A stretch of DNA of 64,000 nucleotides, taken from positions 62,805 through 126,804 of the forward strand of contig CAMNUE010000001.1 in assembly GCA_946560065.1 (NCBI GenBank). The letters run 5' to 3'. This document shows positions 16,071 through 25,195 of the stretch, piece after piece (positions within the stretch are counted from its first letter, which is position 1; each line of letters opens with the position of its first letter). The translations under genes were made by a program, and so were the position numbers. Source of the stretch: an uncultured bacterium (GTDB lineage: Bacteria > Bacillota_I > Bacilli_A > RF39 > UBA660). The notes beneath the pieces are model-generated. The model made no database searches. It was not told the origin of the DNA and saw only the letters and a list, made by a program, of their open reading frames with translations.

Positions 16071-17420
16071 ATGGGAATTTTTAGTGGCATATTTAGGTCG
16101 AGGGATGCACCTAAAGATAGAACGACAGGAAGTAATTATAGCTTTTTTATGGGAGGAACAACAAGTGGTAAAAGAGTAAATGAGCGTTCAGCAATGCAAA
16201 TGACAGCAGTTTATAGCTGTGTAAGAATTTTGTCAGAAGCGGTAGCAAGTTTGCCTTTGCATTTTTACAAATACGATGAAAACGGAAGTAAGAAAAAAGC
16301 TATAGAACATCCATTATATTTTTTATTGCATGATGAACCTAATCCAGAGATGACATCATTTGTGTTTAGAGAAACACTTATGACTCATCTTTTATTATGG
16401 GGTAATGCTTATGCACAAATCATAAGAAATGGAAAGGGAGAAATCATAGCATTGTATCCACTTATGCCAGATAGGATGACAGTTAATAGAGATGAAAAGG
16501 GAAAACTTTACTACGAATATTTAACAAGCACAGATGATGTTCCAATTAATAAAGAAACAACAGTGAGATTAAGTGAAACTGATGTCTTACATATTCCTGG
16601 ATTAGGGTTTGATGGATTGGTTGGATATTCTCCGATTGCAATGGCTAAAAATGCGATAGGTCTTGCAATTGCAGCAGAAGAATATGGTAGTAAATTTTAT
16701 GCAAATGGAGCAGCACCAAGTGGTGTGTTAGAGCATCCAGGCACATTAAAAGACCCTACTAAAGTAAGAGAAAGTTGGACTGAAACTTTTGGAGGTAGCC
16801 AAAATTCTCACAAAGTAGCTGTACTTGAAGAAGGTATGAAATATACTCCTATTTCTATTTCTCCAAATGAAGCTCAATTTTTAGAAACTCGTAAATTTCA
16901 AATAAATGAGATAGCTCGAATTTTTAGAGTCCCACCACATATGGTTGGTGACCTTGAAAAGTCGAGTTTTTCTAATATAGAGCAACAATCATTGGAGTTT
17001 GTGAAATATACGCTTGACCCTTGGGTTTCAAGATGGGAGCAAACACTTATAAGGTCGTTATTAACTAAAGAAGAAAAGAAAAAATATTTTATTAAGTTTA
17101 ATGTTGATGGCTTACTTCGTGGAGATTATCAAAGCAGAATGAGTGGATATAGCATTGGTATACAAAATGGATTCATGTCACCAAATGATGTTAGAGAACT
17201 TGAAAATCTAGATTTAATTCCAGATGAAGAAGGTGGAAACACATACATGGTAAATGGAAACATGATGCCAATCACTGAAGTAGGTGCAGCATATAGACCT
17301 AAAGGAGAGGAGAAAAAAAATGAAGAAGTTTTGGAATTGGAAGAACAAAACGATAACAAATCAGGAAACCGAAACTCAAAGTCAAGAAAGAATACTGTTT
17401 CTAAATGGAACAATAGCTGA
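16071..17420 (+). CDS. Portal protein (HK97 family)
   Basis: 449 aa. Typical portal pattern (YSCVRILSEAVASLPL, WGNAYA, FSNIEQQ). Position after terL. Confidence 0.85.
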   Translation: MGIFSGIFRSRDAPKDRTTGSNYSFFMGGTTSGKRVNERSAMQMTAVYSCVRILSEAVASLPLHFYKYDENGSKKKAIEHPLYFLLHDEPNPEMTSFVFRETLMTHLLLWGNAYAQIIRNGKGEIIALYPLMPDRMTVNRDEKGKLYYEYLTSTDDVPINKETTVRLSETDVLHIPGLGFDGLVGYSPIAMAKNAIGLAIAAEEYGSKFYANGAAPSGVLEHPGTLKDPTKVRESWTETFGGSQNSHKVAVLEEGMKYTPISISPNEAQFLETRKFQINEIARIFRVPPHMVGDLEKSSFSNIEQQSLEFVKYTLDPWVSRWEQTLIRSLLTKEEKKKYFIKFNVDGLLRGDYQSRMSGYSIGIQNGFMSPNDVRELENLDLIPDEEGGNTYMVNGNMMPITEVGAAYRPKGEEKKNEEVLELEEQNDNKSGNRNSKSRKNTVSKWNNS

Positions 17421-18063
17421 AGAGTCATGGTTCGATGATGAAGTAACACCAGCATTATTTAAAGATGAATTAAATAGTGGTGAGGGAGACATTACCGTAT
17501 GGATTAATTCTCCAGGTGGTGACTGCATTGCAGCGGCTCAAATCTACAATATGCTGATGGATTACAAAGGTAATGTAACAGTAAAAATAGATGGAATTGC
17601 AGCGAGTGCAGCATCAGTAATTGCAATGGCTGGAAACAAAGTAATCGTATCTCCAGTATCAATGATTATGATCCACAATCCTGCAACAATAGCAGCAGGA
17701 GATACAGCTGAAATGCAAAAAGCCATAGCTATGCTTGATGAAGTTAAGGAATCAATCATCAATGCATATGAAATTAAAACAGGCTTATCAAGAGCAAGGT
17801 TATCACATCTTATGGATGCTGAAACATGGATGGACGCTAATAGTGCCATTGAACTTGGATTTGCAGATGAAATAATGCAAAGAAACACAGAAGAGGATGA
17901 GCTTGAAGTTCCTAATGTAAGCATGACGTTTTCTCGTGCATCTGTTACTAACTCATTAATTGAGAAGATGGCAGAAAAGTGCAAGATATCACAGAAAACA
18001 AAAAATGAAATAACATCAGACAGTTTATTAGAACGTCTGGAATTAATAAGAAATTGGAGGTAA
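17320..18063 (+). CDS. ClpP/S49-like prohead maturation protease
   Basis: Start at ATG 17320 (GGAGAGGAG RBS). INSPGGD, AASAASVIAMAG (Ser nucleophile) and MIHNP (His). Overlaps the portal 3' end by 101 nt. Confidence 0.85.
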   Translation: MKKFWNWKNKTITNQETETQSQERILFLNGTIAEESWFDDEVTPALFKDELNSGEGDITVWINSPGGDCIAAAQIYNMLMDYKGNVTVKIDGIAASAASVIAMAGNKVIVSPVSMIMIHNPATIAAGDTAEMQKAIAMLDEVKESIINAYEIKTGLSRARLSHLMDAETWMDANSAIELGFADEIMQRNTEEDELEVPNVSMTFSRASVTNSLIEKMAEKCKISQKTKNEITSDSLLERLELIRNWR

Positions 18064-18068
18064 TAAAA

Positions 18069-19271
18069 ATGACTATTTTAGAATTAAGAGAAGCCAGAAA
18101 TAAAGCTTGGGAAGGTGCTAAAGCCTTTGTAGAAAGTAAAAGAGATAAGGACGGACTTCTTTCAAAAGAAGATGCTGAAACTTATAACTCAATGGAAGAA
18201 AAAATTAAAAACTATAGTAAGGAAATTGAAAGAATGGAGGCAATGGAAAATATGGAGAATGAATTAAATAAACCTGTTAATACTCCTATCGTTACAAGAC
18301 CATCAAAAGTTGATAACGAAGTAAAAACAGGAAGAGCATCAAATGAATATAAAGATGCAATGTTAACTGCATTACGTTCAAACTTTAGACAAGTATCAAA
18401 TGTCTTACAAGAAGGTGTAGATGCAGATGGAGGATATTTAGTACCAGATGAATATGACACTAGATTAATCCAAAAATTAGAAGAAAATAATATTGTTCGT
18501 AGTTTAGCTACAAATATTAAAACAAGTGGAGAACACAAAATAAATATTGCAAGTACTGCACCTGCAGCAGCTTGGATTGAAGAAGGTGACACTTTATCTT
18601 TTGGAGAAGCAGCATTCGACCAAAAAATCCTAGATGCACATAAATTACACGTTGCAGTTAAAGTAACAGAAGAATTATTATATGATAACGCATTCGGTTT
18701 AGAGAATTTCTTGATTGATAGCTTTGGTAAGGCAATCGGAAATGCTGAAGAGAATGCGTTTTTAAATGGAACAGGAGAAGGACAACCTACAGGTATATTT
18801 GCAACAACTGGTGGTGGTACTTATATAACAGCAAAAACAACAGGAGCAGATGCAATTATAGAACTTGTATATAACTTAAAAAGAGCATATAGAAAAAATG
18901 CTGCATTTATTATGAATGACAAAATGATAGCAACGATTAGAACTTACAAAGATGGAAATGGAGCATATATGTGGCAACCATCATTAGTACAAGGAGAACC
19001 AGATAGATTACTTGGTTATCCAGTATATACTTCTCAATATGCACCAGAAGACTCAATTGCATTTGGTGATTTTAGTTATTACAACATTGGTGATAGAGGT
19101 GTAAGATCATTCAAACAATTAACAGAATTATTCGCTGGTAATGGAATGATTGGTTATGTTGCAAAAGAAAGAGTTGATGGAAAATTAGTACTTCCAGAGG
19201 CAGTTCAAATCTTAAAAGTTGTTGCTGAAAAAACAACTACTACAAATACAACAACAACTACTACAAAATAG
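18069..19271 (+). CDS. Major capsid protein (HK97 fold)
   Basis: Start at ATG 18069 (GGAGG RBS). N-terminal coiled-coil delta-like region, then GGYLVPDEY and following core. C-terminal tail EKTTTTNTTTTTTK. Confidence 0.85.
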   Translation: MTILELREARNKAWEGAKAFVESKRDKDGLLSKEDAETYNSMEEKIKNYSKEIERMEAMENMENELNKPVNTPIVTRPSKVDNEVKTGRASNEYKDAMLTALRSNFRQVSNVLQEGVDADGGYLVPDEYDTRLIQKLEENNIVRSLATNIKTSGEHKINIASTAPAAAWIEEGDTLSFGEAAFDQKILDAHKLHVAVKVTEELLYDNAFGLENFLIDSFGKAIGNAEENAFLNGTGEGQPTGIFATTGGGTYITAKTTGADAIIELVYNLKRAYRKNAAFIMNDKMIATIRTYKDGNGAYMWQPSLVQGEPDRLLGYPVYTSQYAPEDSIAFGDFSYYNIGDRGVRSFKQLTELFAGNGMIGYVAKERVDGKLVLPEAVQILKVVAEKTTTTNTTTTTTK

Positions 19272-19290
19272 TGAATGGAGGTAAATAGCA

Positions 19291-19605
19291 GTGATTGAAG
19301 AGTTATTAATTAAAGTAAAACAAAATCTTATATTAGAACATTCAGTAGATGATGAATTACTAAAACAATTCATCACTGCTGCAATCTCTTATGCAGAAAG
19401 CTATCAGCATATAGAAGAAGGATACTATCAAGAACATGAAATGTCAGAAACAACAAAACAAGCAATTATTATGCTTGTAAGTCATTTCTATGAAAGTAGA
19501 GATGGCTCAACTGGTGGTTTCTTTGCTGACAATGTAAATGCATCAAGCCAAGTATGGAACACAGTAAATCTACTATTAAGACTTAATAGAGATTGGAAGG
19601 TGTAG
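19291..19605 (+). CDS. Head-tail connector protein (gp6-like)
   Basis: GTG start with GGAGG RBS. 104 aa. The LKVKQNLILEHSVDDELLKQFITAA pattern is typical of gp6-like connector proteins. Confidence 0.65.
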   Translation: MIEELLIKVKQNLILEHSVDDELLKQFITAAISYAESYQHIEEGYYQEHEMSETTKQAIIMLVSHFYESRDGSTGGFFADNVNASSQVWNTVNLLLRLNRDWKV

Positions 19606-19608
19606 CCC

Positions 19609-19941
19609 ATGAGCTTTGGTAAAATGAATAAATTTATTGAAATAAAAAGTATCCAAAATGTAAAGGATGAAGATGGTTTCTCAACAAAACAAGAAATAAC
19701 AGTTGCAAGAGTTAGAGGATATAGAGAGGGCAGACACGGAAGTGAAAAGTGGGCAAATAGAACTACTTTTACTGAGGCGACTGACCTCTTTATTATTCGT
19801 GCTATTCCAGGAACAAAACTCTCAACTGATATGACTATTTTATGTGATGATGAGAACTTTGAAATTACTTCAATTGAAGATGTTAAAGGAAAAAATATGT
19901 ATATTGAAATTCTAGCAAAGAAGGTGATTCAAAATGGCTAA
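19609..19941 (+). CDS. Head closure / head-tail adaptor protein
   Basis: 110 aa. Position and pattern resemble SPP1 gp16-type head closure proteins. Confidence 0.6.
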   Translation: MSFGKMNKFIEIKSIQNVKDEDGFSTKQEITVARVRGYREGRHGSEKWANRTTFTEATDLFIIRAIPGTKLSTDMTILCDDENFEITSIEDVKGKNMYIEILAKKVIQNG

Positions 19942-20365
19942 GGCTTATGTGCAATTACCTGAAGAATATCTACAAAAATTATCAAAGCTTGGAAATAAGA
20001 CTGATGAAATTTGTGAAAAGATGCTAAAAGCTGGAGGAGAGGTAGTTCTTTCAAAAGTAAAAAGCAATTTAAGTTCAGTAGTGGGGAGTGGTACAAAATA
20101 CAAATCAAGATCCACAGGAGAGCTTGAGGGAGCATTAGGACTATCAGAAGTAAGGCTTGATAGGAATGGAAATTACAATATTAAAGTTGGATTTGCAGAA
20201 ACAAGAAGAGATGGAACTAGCAACGCAAAATTAGCCAATATTATTGAATATGGAAAATCAGGTCAAGTTGCTAAACCATTTATGAAACCTGCAAAAGCAT
20301 CATCAAAAGCAAAATGCATAGAAGTAATGAAATCAACATTTGATAAGGAGGTAAACAACATATGA
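19934..20365 (+). CDS. HK97 gp10-family tail-component protein
   Basis: 143 aa. Overlapping starts and stops with both neighbours. IEYG..G..A.PF motif. Confidence 0.6.
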   Translation: MAKAYVQLPEEYLQKLSKLGNKTDEICEKMLKAGGEVVLSKVKSNLSSVVGSGTKYKSRSTGELEGALGLSEVRLDRNGNYNIKVGFAETRRDGTSNAKLANIIEYGKSGQVAKPFMKPAKASSKAKCIEVMKSTFDKEVNNI

Positions 20366-20706
20366 CAGTATTATCCGAATTAAATACACTTTTGAGTGAT
20401 ATGTCGATACAAACTGAAACAGCTAAATTAAGCGACAAAGCATTAGATGAGTATGTTGTTTTAGTTCCTATATCAGATAACTTTTCATTATTTTGTGATG
20501 ACAAACCAAAGTATGAAACATCAGAAGTAAGACTATCTATTTTTACAAAAGGAAACTATATGCAATTAAAAAAGAAAATCGTAAAGGGCTTATTAAATAA
20601 CAACTTTACGATAACAGATAAACGATATGTTGAATATGAAAACGATACTGGATTTCATCATTACAACATAGACGTAGCAAAATATTATGAAATGGAGGAA
20701 ATGTAA
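20362..20706 (+). CDS. Putative tail terminator / tail completion protein
   Basis: Call is by position only, between the gp10-like gene and the major tail protein. ATGA overlap with the upstream gene. Confidence 0.4.
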   Translation: MTVLSELNTLLSDMSIQTETAKLSDKALDEYVVLVPISDNFSLFCDDKPKYETSEVRLSIFTKGNYMQLKKKIVKGLLNNNFTITDKRYVEYENDTGFHHYNIDVAKYYEMEEM

Positions 20707-21315
20707 ATGGCTACAATAGGTTTAGATAAATTATATTATTCAAAAATTACAGAAGATGCATCTGGTAATGAAACATATGCTACACCAACTGTCCTTGCAA
20801 AAGCTATATCTGCTGAATTATCTGTAGAGCTTGCAGAGGCAACTCTTTATGCTGATGATGTTGCAGCAGAAATAGTAAAGGAATTTAAAAGTGGTACTTT
20901 AACACTAGGTGTTGATGATATTGGAATTAGTGTGGCAGCGGATTTAACAGGAGCTCAAGTAGATAAAAATAATGTTTTGATATCAGGTGGTCAAGATGCT
21001 GGAAGTCCTGTTGCAATTGGATTTAGAGCAAAAAAATCAAATGGTAAATATAAATATTATTGGTTATATAGAGTTAAGTTTGGAATACCTGCAGCAAGTC
21101 TTGCAACAAAAGGTGATTCAATTACATTCTCTACACCATCAATTGAAGGTACAGTATTATGCAGAAATAAACCAGATGCAAATGGAAAACATCCTTGGAA
21201 AGCAGAAGTAACTGAAGGTGATACAGGTGTAACAGCAGCAACTATAAATGATTGGTACAACTCTGTATACGAGCCTACATATGCAACAACAAGTACACAA
21301 ACTAGTGGAAAATAG
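20707..21315 (+). CDS. Major tail (tube) protein
   Basis: 202 aa. The N-terminus MATIGLDKLYYSKITED resembles phi13-family major tail proteins. Position before the chaperone/TMP genes. Confidence 0.7.
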   Translation: MATIGLDKLYYSKITEDASGNETYATPTVLAKAISAELSVELAEATLYADDVAAEIVKEFKSGTLTLGVDDIGISVAADLTGAQVDKNNVLISGGQDAGSPVAIGFRAKKSNGKYKYYWLYRVKFGIPAASLATKGDSITFSTPSIEGTVLCRNKPDANGKHPWKAEVTEGDTGVTAATINDWYNSVYEPTYATTSTQTSGK

Positions 21316-21331
21316 AAACTGGAGGTAAGTA

Positions 21332-21715
21332 ATGGAAACTGATAGAGTAAGTAAAATTAAAGTTGGTGATAAGGAATATGAGCTAATCTTAACAACAAAA
21401 GCAACAAAGGAGATAGCAGGAAGATATGGTGGTTTAGAGAATTTAGGAGATAAACTAATGAAGGCTGAAAACTTTGAAATGGCTCTAGGAGAAATAGTAT
21501 GGCTTATATGTCTTTTAGCAAATCAATCAATTTTAATTCATAACATTAAAAACAAAGATAATCAAAAAGAGTTATTAACTGAAGAAGAAGTTGAAGTCTT
21601 AACAACTCCATTTGATTTAGCTGATTATAAACAAGCGATAACAGATTGTTTATATAAAGGAACAAAAAGAAATATTGAAAGTGAAGAAAATTCAAAAAAC
21701 GTGGAAGTCGAGTAA
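21332..21715 (+). CDS. Tail assembly chaperone (G-like, 0-frame product)
   Basis: 127 aa, acidic C-terminus. Lies immediately upstream of the tape measure gene. Confidence 0.7.
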   Translation: METDRVSKIKVGDKEYELILTTKATKEIAGRYGGLENLGDKLMKAENFEMALGEIVWLICLLANQSILIHNIKNKDNQKELLTEEEVEVLTTPFDLADYKQAITDCLYKGTKRNIESEENSKNVEVE

Positions 21716-21903
21716 GTGATGAAGAATTATTTACTCGACTTTTATATTACGGTTTAGCTCATCTAAATCTATCTTATGACGAAGTATGGCTTATGCCTTT
21801 TGGATTATTACTAGATTTATGGGAATGCCATAGACAATTTAATGGAATAGCTAAACCAAAAAGAGAGGTCTTTATAGACGATATTATTCCAGATGGGATT
21901 TAA
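21332..21903 (+). CDS. Tail assembly chaperone GT-like product via programmed -1 frameshift
   Basis: Slippery heptamer A_AAA_AAC at 21694-21700 in the correct phase (tcA AAA AAC). The -1 frame is open from there to TAA 21901-21903 (..KKRGSRVSDEELFTRLLYYGLAHL..) and has no start codon of its own. Confidence 0.7.
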
Positions 21904-21917
21904 GGAGGTGAGTTATA

Positions 21918-24497
21918 ATGGCAGATAATTTCGGATTGAAGATTGGTGTCGAGGGAGAAAAGGAATTCAAAAGTGCTCTTTATAGTATCAATCAAAGTTT
22001 TAAAGTTCTAGGATCTGAAATGAAGTTAGTTGAATCCCAATTCAGTAAAAACGATACTTCTATACAATCATTAACAGCTAAAAACCAGGTGTTAAATAAG
22101 GAAATAGATACACAAAAACAAAAAATAGAATTATTAAAAAATGCCTTAAATAACTCTTCCGAGTCTTTTGGAGAAAATGATAAAAGAACTCAAGAATGGC
22201 AAATTAAATTAAATAACGCTACTGCTGAATTAAATTCTATGGAAAAAGAGTTGAAAACCAACGAGGCTGCACTTGATAGTGCTGGAACTGAAATGGACGA
22301 TGTATCTAAAAGTGCAGATAAGATGGGAAATGATATAGATGATGCAGGAAATAAAGCTGAAAATAGCAATGGCAAGTTTGAAAAACTAGGTTCAGTCTTA
22401 AAAGGAATAGGTGCAACAATGGGAGCAGTAGCTGTTGCGGCAGGAGCTGCGGCAGTTGCTCTAGCATCTAAAGTTGTATCAGCTTATGCAGAATTTGAAC
22501 AGCTTGAAGGTGGTGTTAAAACTCTATTTGGTACAGAGGCATCTTCGGTTGAAGAGTATGCAGCAAGTGTTGGTAAAAGTGTAGGAGAAGTAGAAGGAAA
22601 ATATAACTCACTTCTTGCAGCACAAAAACAAGTTTTTAATGACGCCAACAATGCTTATAAAACAGCAGGACTTTCTGCAAATGAATATATGAATACAGTT
22701 ACATCTTTTAGTGCTAGTTTAATATCATCATTAAATGGAGATACTGAGGCAGCAGCAAGAGCAGCAAATCAAGCCATAGTTGATATGTCAGATAACGCTA
22801 ATAAGATGGGTACTGATATGTCCTTAATTCAAAGTGCATACCAAGGTTTCGCAAAACAAAACTATACAATGTTGGATAACTTAAAATTAGGATATGGTGG
22901 TACTAAAACTGAAATGGAAAGGTTATTGAAAGATGCCGAGAAAATCAGTGGTGTTAAATATGACATCTCTAACTTAAATGATGTTTATAGTGCAATTCAT
23001 GTTATTCAAACTGAAATGGGAATAACAGGTACTACAGCGGCAGAGGCTGAAAAGACAATATCAGGATCAGCAAATGCTATGAAAAGTGCATTTGAAAATT
23101 TACTAACTGGATTTGGTAATGCTGATGCAGATATGCAAGTTTTGGTTAAAAACCTAGCTGACTCATTAAATACGGTTATTAAAAATATAACTCCAGTTTT
23201 AAATAATATAGTATCAGTTCTACCAACGGTTCTGGATGCTCTTTTAGGTGCAATAGGTCAAATGTTGCCAACCTTATTAGAGGCAGTCACAGAACTTTTT
23301 TCTAGTTTACTTGAAACTATATTGAATTTAATTCCAGAGCTTATTCCAACCGTAGTTACGGCATTAACCACAATAATAGAAACATTGGTGGAAAACCTAC
23401 CACTATTAATGGATGCAATTGTAGTTATATTTACTTCTTTAATAGAAGGAATAGGAGAGTTACTACCTACATTAATACCAACTGCAGTTCAAGCAATTAT
23501 CACAATTGTTAATGGCTTAATTGAAAACCTACCGATGCTTTTGGATGCAGCACTTCAATTGATAATGGGACTAGCACAAGGATTAATCACTGCACTTCCA
23601 ATTCTTATAGCAGCACTTCCAGAAATTATAAATGGTATCGTGACATTTTTATTAAATTCAATACCACAAATAATTCAAACTGGAATAGAACTTCTTACAT
23701 CGTTAATTGGTGCTTTGCCAGACATTATAAAAACAATAGTTGAGGCAATACCACAAATAATTGATGGGTTACTTACTGCTTTGATGGAGTCAATACCTCT
23801 TATTATTCAAGCAGGTATCGATTTACTTATTGCACTTATACAAGCACTTCCTCAAATTATAACAACCATTGTAAATGCTATACCAAAAATAATAACTGGA
23901 ATAGTTAATGCCTTAATTGGGAACATCGATAAAATTATAATGGCAGGAGTTCAGTTATTTGTTGCATTGATTAAGAACTTGCCTACAATCATTGTAGAAA
24001 TAGTAAAAGCAGTACCACAAATCGTATCTGCATTAGTTAATGGATTTAAAAATGGTATAGGGTCATTAGCTGAAGTAGGTAAAAACTTAATTCAAGGTTT
24101 ATGGAATGGTATCAATAATGCTAAAGATTGGGTGCTTGATAAAATCAAAGGTTTTGGTAAGTCAATTCTTAATGGTATTAAAAGTTTCTTTGGTATTCAT
24201 TCTCCATCAAGAGTATTTAGAGACGAGATTGGTTCAAATCTTGCTTTAGGTTTAGGAGAAGGTTTTACTCAAGAAATGAATAATGTTTCTGATATGATGG
24301 AAGATGCAATTCCTACTGACTTCAATGTTGGTATGACTGCTGATGTAGATAATATTGGAATGAATGCTGACTCATATTCAAAAGATAATTTGGTTAGTGC
24401 TTTTCAACAAGCTCTAAATGGTATGAGTATAAGAATATCAGAAGACGTGTTTGGAGAATTAGTAATTGATAATGTAGAAAAGGTGGTGTATGGATAA
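21918..24497 (+). CDS. Tape measure protein
   Basis: 859 aa. Coiled-coil N-terminus and a long hydrophobic tandem-repeat core. Position after the G/GT genes. Confidence 0.9.
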   Translation: MADNFGLKIGVEGEKEFKSALYSINQSFKVLGSEMKLVESQFSKNDTSIQSLTAKNQVLNKEIDTQKQKIELLKNALNNSSESFGENDKRTQEWQIKLNNATAELNSMEKELKTNEAALDSAGTEMDDVSKSADKMGNDIDDAGNKAENSNGKFEKLGSVLKGIGATMGAVAVAAGAAAVALASKVVSAYAEFEQLEGGVKTLFGTEASSVEEYAASVGKSVGEVEGKYNSLLAAQKQVFNDANNAYKTAGLSANEYMNTVTSFSASLISSLNGDTEAAARAANQAIVDMSDNANKMGTDMSLIQSAYQGFAKQNYTMLDNLKLGYGGTKTEMERLLKDAEKISGVKYDISNLNDVYSAIHVIQTEMGITGTTAAEAEKTISGSANAMKSAFENLLTGFGNADADMQVLVKNLADSLNTVIKNITPVLNNIVSVLPTVLDALLGAIGQMLPTLLEAVTELFSSLLETILNLIPELIPTVVTALTTIIETLVENLPLLMDAIVVIFTSLIEGIGELLPTLIPTAVQAIITIVNGLIENLPMLLDAALQLIMGLAQGLITALPILIAALPEIINGIVTFLLNSIPQIIQTGIELLTSLIGALPDIIKTIVEAIPQIIDGLLTALMESIPLIIQAGIDLLIALIQALPQIITTIVNAIPKIITGIVNALIGNIDKIIMAGVQLFVALIKNLPTIIVEIVKAVPQIVSALVNGFKNGIGSLAEVGKNLIQGLWNGINNAKDWVLDKIKGFGKSILNGIKSFFGIHSPSRVFRDEIGSNLALGLGEGFTQEMNNVSDMMEDAIPTDFNVGMTADVDNIGMNADSYSKDNLVSAFQQALNGMSIRISEDVFGELVIDNVEKVVYG
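23190..24050 (+). repeat. Tandem degenerate coding repeats inside the tape measure gene
   Basis: A reiterated unit of roughly 20 aa of the type ..LP.II..IV.AI...I..L... (for example ALPQIITTIVNAIPKIITGIVNAL). Confidence 0.6.
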
Positions 24498-25195
24498 TGG
24501 CAGAAATAACATGGAAAAATAAATCAAGTAAAGAAATAGAAGGACTTATTATCACAAATACGCCACCAATTACTAAACCAAAAATGAAAGTAGATAAAAT
24601 CGAAATCGATGGTAGAGATGGAGATATTATAGAAAAAGTAGGATATGAAAGTTATACAAAAAATGTAGGAATAGGACTAGCTAGAAATTATGATATTGAT
24701 GAAGTAATAAAATACTTCACAGGAGATGGTGAGCTCATATTAAGCGATGAACCAGATAAAGTGTATATTGCTAGTATATTTGATGATGTAGATTATGAAA
24801 GACTGTTACAAATTAGAAAGGCAACAGTTAAATTTCATGTTCAACCATACAAGTATTTAAAAGATGAAAGCAAGGTTAGTTTAAGTATTACTACTCAAAC
24901 ATCAGTTGAAGTTGAAAATAAAGGCTTAGAAGTTTCTAAGCCTATTTTTATGCTTGAAGGTTCTGGAACAATTGAAATAGCAGTTAATGGAATAAACATA
25001 TTTAAATATACATTCCCAAATGGAGAAAACAAAGTAATAGTTGATAGCTTAAAAGAAGAGGCATACTTGGAAGGAGTTTATAAGAATAGAAATATGCTTG
25101 GAGAATTTCCAAAACTAGAAGTAGGAAATAATACTATTTCTTGGACAGGAACTTTAACCAAAATAGAAATTGAACCGAAGTCGAGGTGGTTGTAA
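24497..25195 (+). CDS. Distal tail protein (Dit-like)
   Basis: 232 aa. IDGRDGDI motif. Start overlaps the TMP stop codon. Confidence 0.7.
   Translation: MAEITWKNKSSKEIEGLIITNTPPITKPKMKVDKIEIDGRDGDIIEKVGYESYTKNVGIGLARNYDIDEVIKYFTGDGELILSDEPDKVYIASIFDDVDYERLLQIRKATVKFHVQPYKYLKDESKVSLSITTQTSVEVENKGLEVSKPIFMLEGSGTIEIAVNGINIFKYTFPNGENKVIVDSLKEEAYLEGVYKNRNMLGEFPKLEVGNNTISWTGTLTKIEIEPKSRWL

Noticed and set aside
23190-24050. Regular repeats that could suggest a CRISPR array or satellite
   Set aside because: The repeats are degenerate, in frame and entirely within the tape measure ORF, so they are protein-level repeats. No CRISPR-like direct repeat/spacer structure exists anywhere in the window.
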